Shown one piece after another: positions 61,252-64,000 of a stretch of DNA of 64,000 bases. The notes under the pieces were generated by a model. The model was not told the DNA's origin, did not search any database, and was given only the letters and a program-made list of their open reading frames with translations. The position numbers and the translations under genes are program-made. Numbering within the stretch: the stretch's first letter is position 1; each line of letters opens with the position of its first letter. The DNA is from Octopus sinensis. Lineage: Eukaryota. Location: the NCBI RefSeq assembly GCF_006345805.1, contig NC_043004.1, positions 95,790,001-95,854,000 of the forward strand, given 5' to 3'.

Positions 61252-62287
61252 TATATGTATGTATGTATGTATGTATATAAATGTGTGTTTGTATCTGTAT
61301 GGCTTGATTGTCTGTTATAATTAAATGATAATTATTTTTACTGCTATATATATATAAGTATATGTGTGTGTATATATATTTCATCAACCTCATAATTACC
61401 GTTTTAAAAACCACTTTCCCATGTTTCCCATGCTCACATATAGGTCACACAAAGCTTGTTAAGGTCTATTTTCTGTGGCTGGATCCACTTCTTGATGGCA
61501 GACCTTACCTGTTATGAAGCCAGGTAATATTTCAACCAAGTCCTTTTAACCAGAAACTAAACAGTCATACTACTGTCACCAGTGTAGCTCTCAGCTGATT
61601 ACTTTTAAATGACTAGTTTTTAATGCTACTGCATAAATTTTGTTTCCTTTAAAAATTTCACAGAAATTTCGAGCAAAAGCAAGAGAGAAAACTTCTATTT
61701 ATTGTTTTGATGTTTCTTCCTATCCAGTAGTGGTACACGGGTGCAAAAACACCTAGCAATTAATAAAATACTGGTTAAAACATGTTCCCAAGCTAGCCAA
61801 TAAAAATGAGCATTTCTTATCAGCTGATGACAATCATCCATATTTAGTAGTTGTGATTACCTCACTACTCAGTGTTAATGCGTCTGAATGATCAGATGTA
61901 CTTTATTGCATTTCTGAAACTTCTAATATTGCAAATCTGAGTGGAACTGTTAACACATGCACACACATACACACACTATTACACACACTCACACACAAAC
62001 ACATAAGTTATATGAGTATGTATGTGCATACATGTGTATGTTTATTGTTTGTGTACATATATGTAAATACACTCCCCCCCACTCTCAACCAAAAAAATAT
62101 ACTTACTGGAAATATTAATTTAGTATCACTCCCCACTGTGTATGCTTATATAATTAATGATACACTATTTTTGAATACAAGATAAGATAGTGATTGCTTG
62201 AATATTTTTAATTATAGGACTGCTCAATCTGGACTCCCCAATAAATAAACACAACACTATCTATCTATCTATCTATCCATATGTAAA

Positions 62288-62326
<39 letters not shown>

Positions 62327-62420
62327 TAAAAGGAATGTTTACGAAAATAAACAAAAGACAAAGGCAGGTGGTGTACAAATAAACAGATGTATTAGTATAG
62401 TGCTCAGGAATAGAAAAAGT

Positions 62421-62456
62421 CTTTTACGTTTCGAGCCTACGCTCTTCTACAGAAAG
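62421..62456 (-). ncRNA. Minimal type I hammerhead variant (CUGUAGA core)
   Basis: CUUU-CUGUAGA-A-GAGC guag GCUC-GAAAC-GUA-AAAG, perfect stems I and II. Confidence 0.75.
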
Positions 62457-62498
62457 GTACACAGAAAAAACACGGAGAGAAAAAAATGTGTGTAATAG

Positions 62499-62538
<40 letters not shown>

Positions 62539-62629
62539 AAAGGAATGTTACGAAAATAAACAAAAGACAAAGGCAGGTGGTGTACAAATAAACAGATGTA
62601 TTAGTATAGTGCTCAGGAATAGAAAAAGT

Positions 62630-62665
62630 CTTTTACGTTTCGAGCCTACGCTCTTCTACAGAAAG
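62630..62665 (-). ncRNA. Minimal type I hammerhead variant (second tandem copy)
   Basis: Identical to 62421-62456. Confidence 0.75.
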
Positions 62666-62707
62666 GTACACAGAAAAAACACGGAGAGAAAAAAATGTGT
62701 GTAATAG

Positions 62708-62812
<105 letters not shown>

Positions 62813-64000
62813 TGTATAAAATAGTGTTTGTTTGTGTGTGTTTGTGTATGTTCCTTATAATTCGAAAACTGAGTTTCCGGTTTTGATGAATGGGGTATCA
62901 AATGATTCAGTAATCTTTCGGTTACCAAATAAACTTTATTTTCATTTACATATTTTCTACATTATCTCAACAACCAGCTAAAGTTATTTGAAATACATTG
63001 CTCTATGACGACCAGGTTTCATAAGAAAGTTAATATTGTTTCATGCTTTCAATTTGAACCAAACTCGCAAAGTGTTGCATTACAAGAGTGACAATGTGTG
63101 AATAAAAAAAGTAACGTTTCTCTGAATTAGTCACATCTATGCTATAATAAAGAAAGCTGATTATCATCTATCTATAAAACAAACTATGTTTTTGGCACAA
63201 CTCATTTTTACAACTAAAATAACCTTGGAAACAAGGTCAGGTTGCACAATTTTGAGGTCATTTTCAGGCAATATTTTGAATTGCTTCCAATGTTTCACTT
63301 TCGTTTAATGTTTCATGCATGTGCAGAATTCTACTCAGACAAACATTTATGAAAATGTACACATAAATATTGTATTAAAATAAGCCACAACCAAAAAATT
63401 TCATTAAAAGTCACCCATTTCTCTATGTTATGAGGAAATACAGTTACTCACTCTCCATCTCTCTCTCTCACATGCACATGCACACATACATACAAAAAAT
63501 ATGTATGCATATGTATTTATGTATGTGTATATGAAAAATAAATTTGTGTGTGTGTGAGAGAGAGAGAGAATGAATGAGTGCCACTTACACATACATGCAA
63601 AAATTACATACATGACAACACGTCTTCATTCACTCACACACACTCTCTCTCCCTCTCTCTCTTTCACTCACACACGCTCACATAAACATACACACATGTC
63701 CATTTCATATCCACATAAATACATCTTTCATTTTCATCTCTTTCAATTTCTGCTCTCTTCAAAGCATAAGAAATAAAAAGAATTTTTACAGAAATTAACA
63801 AACAATCATATGATCCCATATGATCAATGATATGACTGAGTTCACAACTTTGCAGCTTCAAACGAAGGAATGCCATAAAATAACTTCCTTTGGCACACAC
63901 ACACACACACACACACATACATTCTCTAGGTAAAATTTCTGTATGAATTATGCTATTTCTTGCTTTGTTTCTGTGTGCATGTGCAAAATTACAGCTCAAA

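Overview
AT-rich, repeat-dense animal genomic DNA. It is very probably octopus: that is my recognition of the dominant SINE families plus extreme (TA)n/(CA)n/(ATT)n microsatellite load, not a database result. The only well-supported protein-coding feature is one very long minus-strand ORF (34179-39158, 1659 aa, K/S/T/N-rich, with a long hexapeptide-periodic tract). Its frame continues past the stop as a stop-interrupted fossil tail, and several weaker minus-strand exon candidates lie up- and downstream. The rest is tRNA-derived SINEs, RTE/CR1/R4-type LINE remnants, Tc1 (DD36E), maT (DD37D), mariner and Tigger remnants, and many Penelope-like (PLE) terminal fragments. The most striking unannotated layer is about a dozen type I hammerhead-ribozyme motifs of several architectures. 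They include one fused behind a tRNA-type Pol III head, a tandem minimal pair defining a 209-nt retrozyme-like unit, and one held in a perfect 155-bp inverted repeat. There is also a single LTR followed by 31 nt copied from mature tRNA-Leu. Nearly all short ORFs in the supplied track are microsatellite or repeat artefacts. All structures were folded and translated by eye and are untested.
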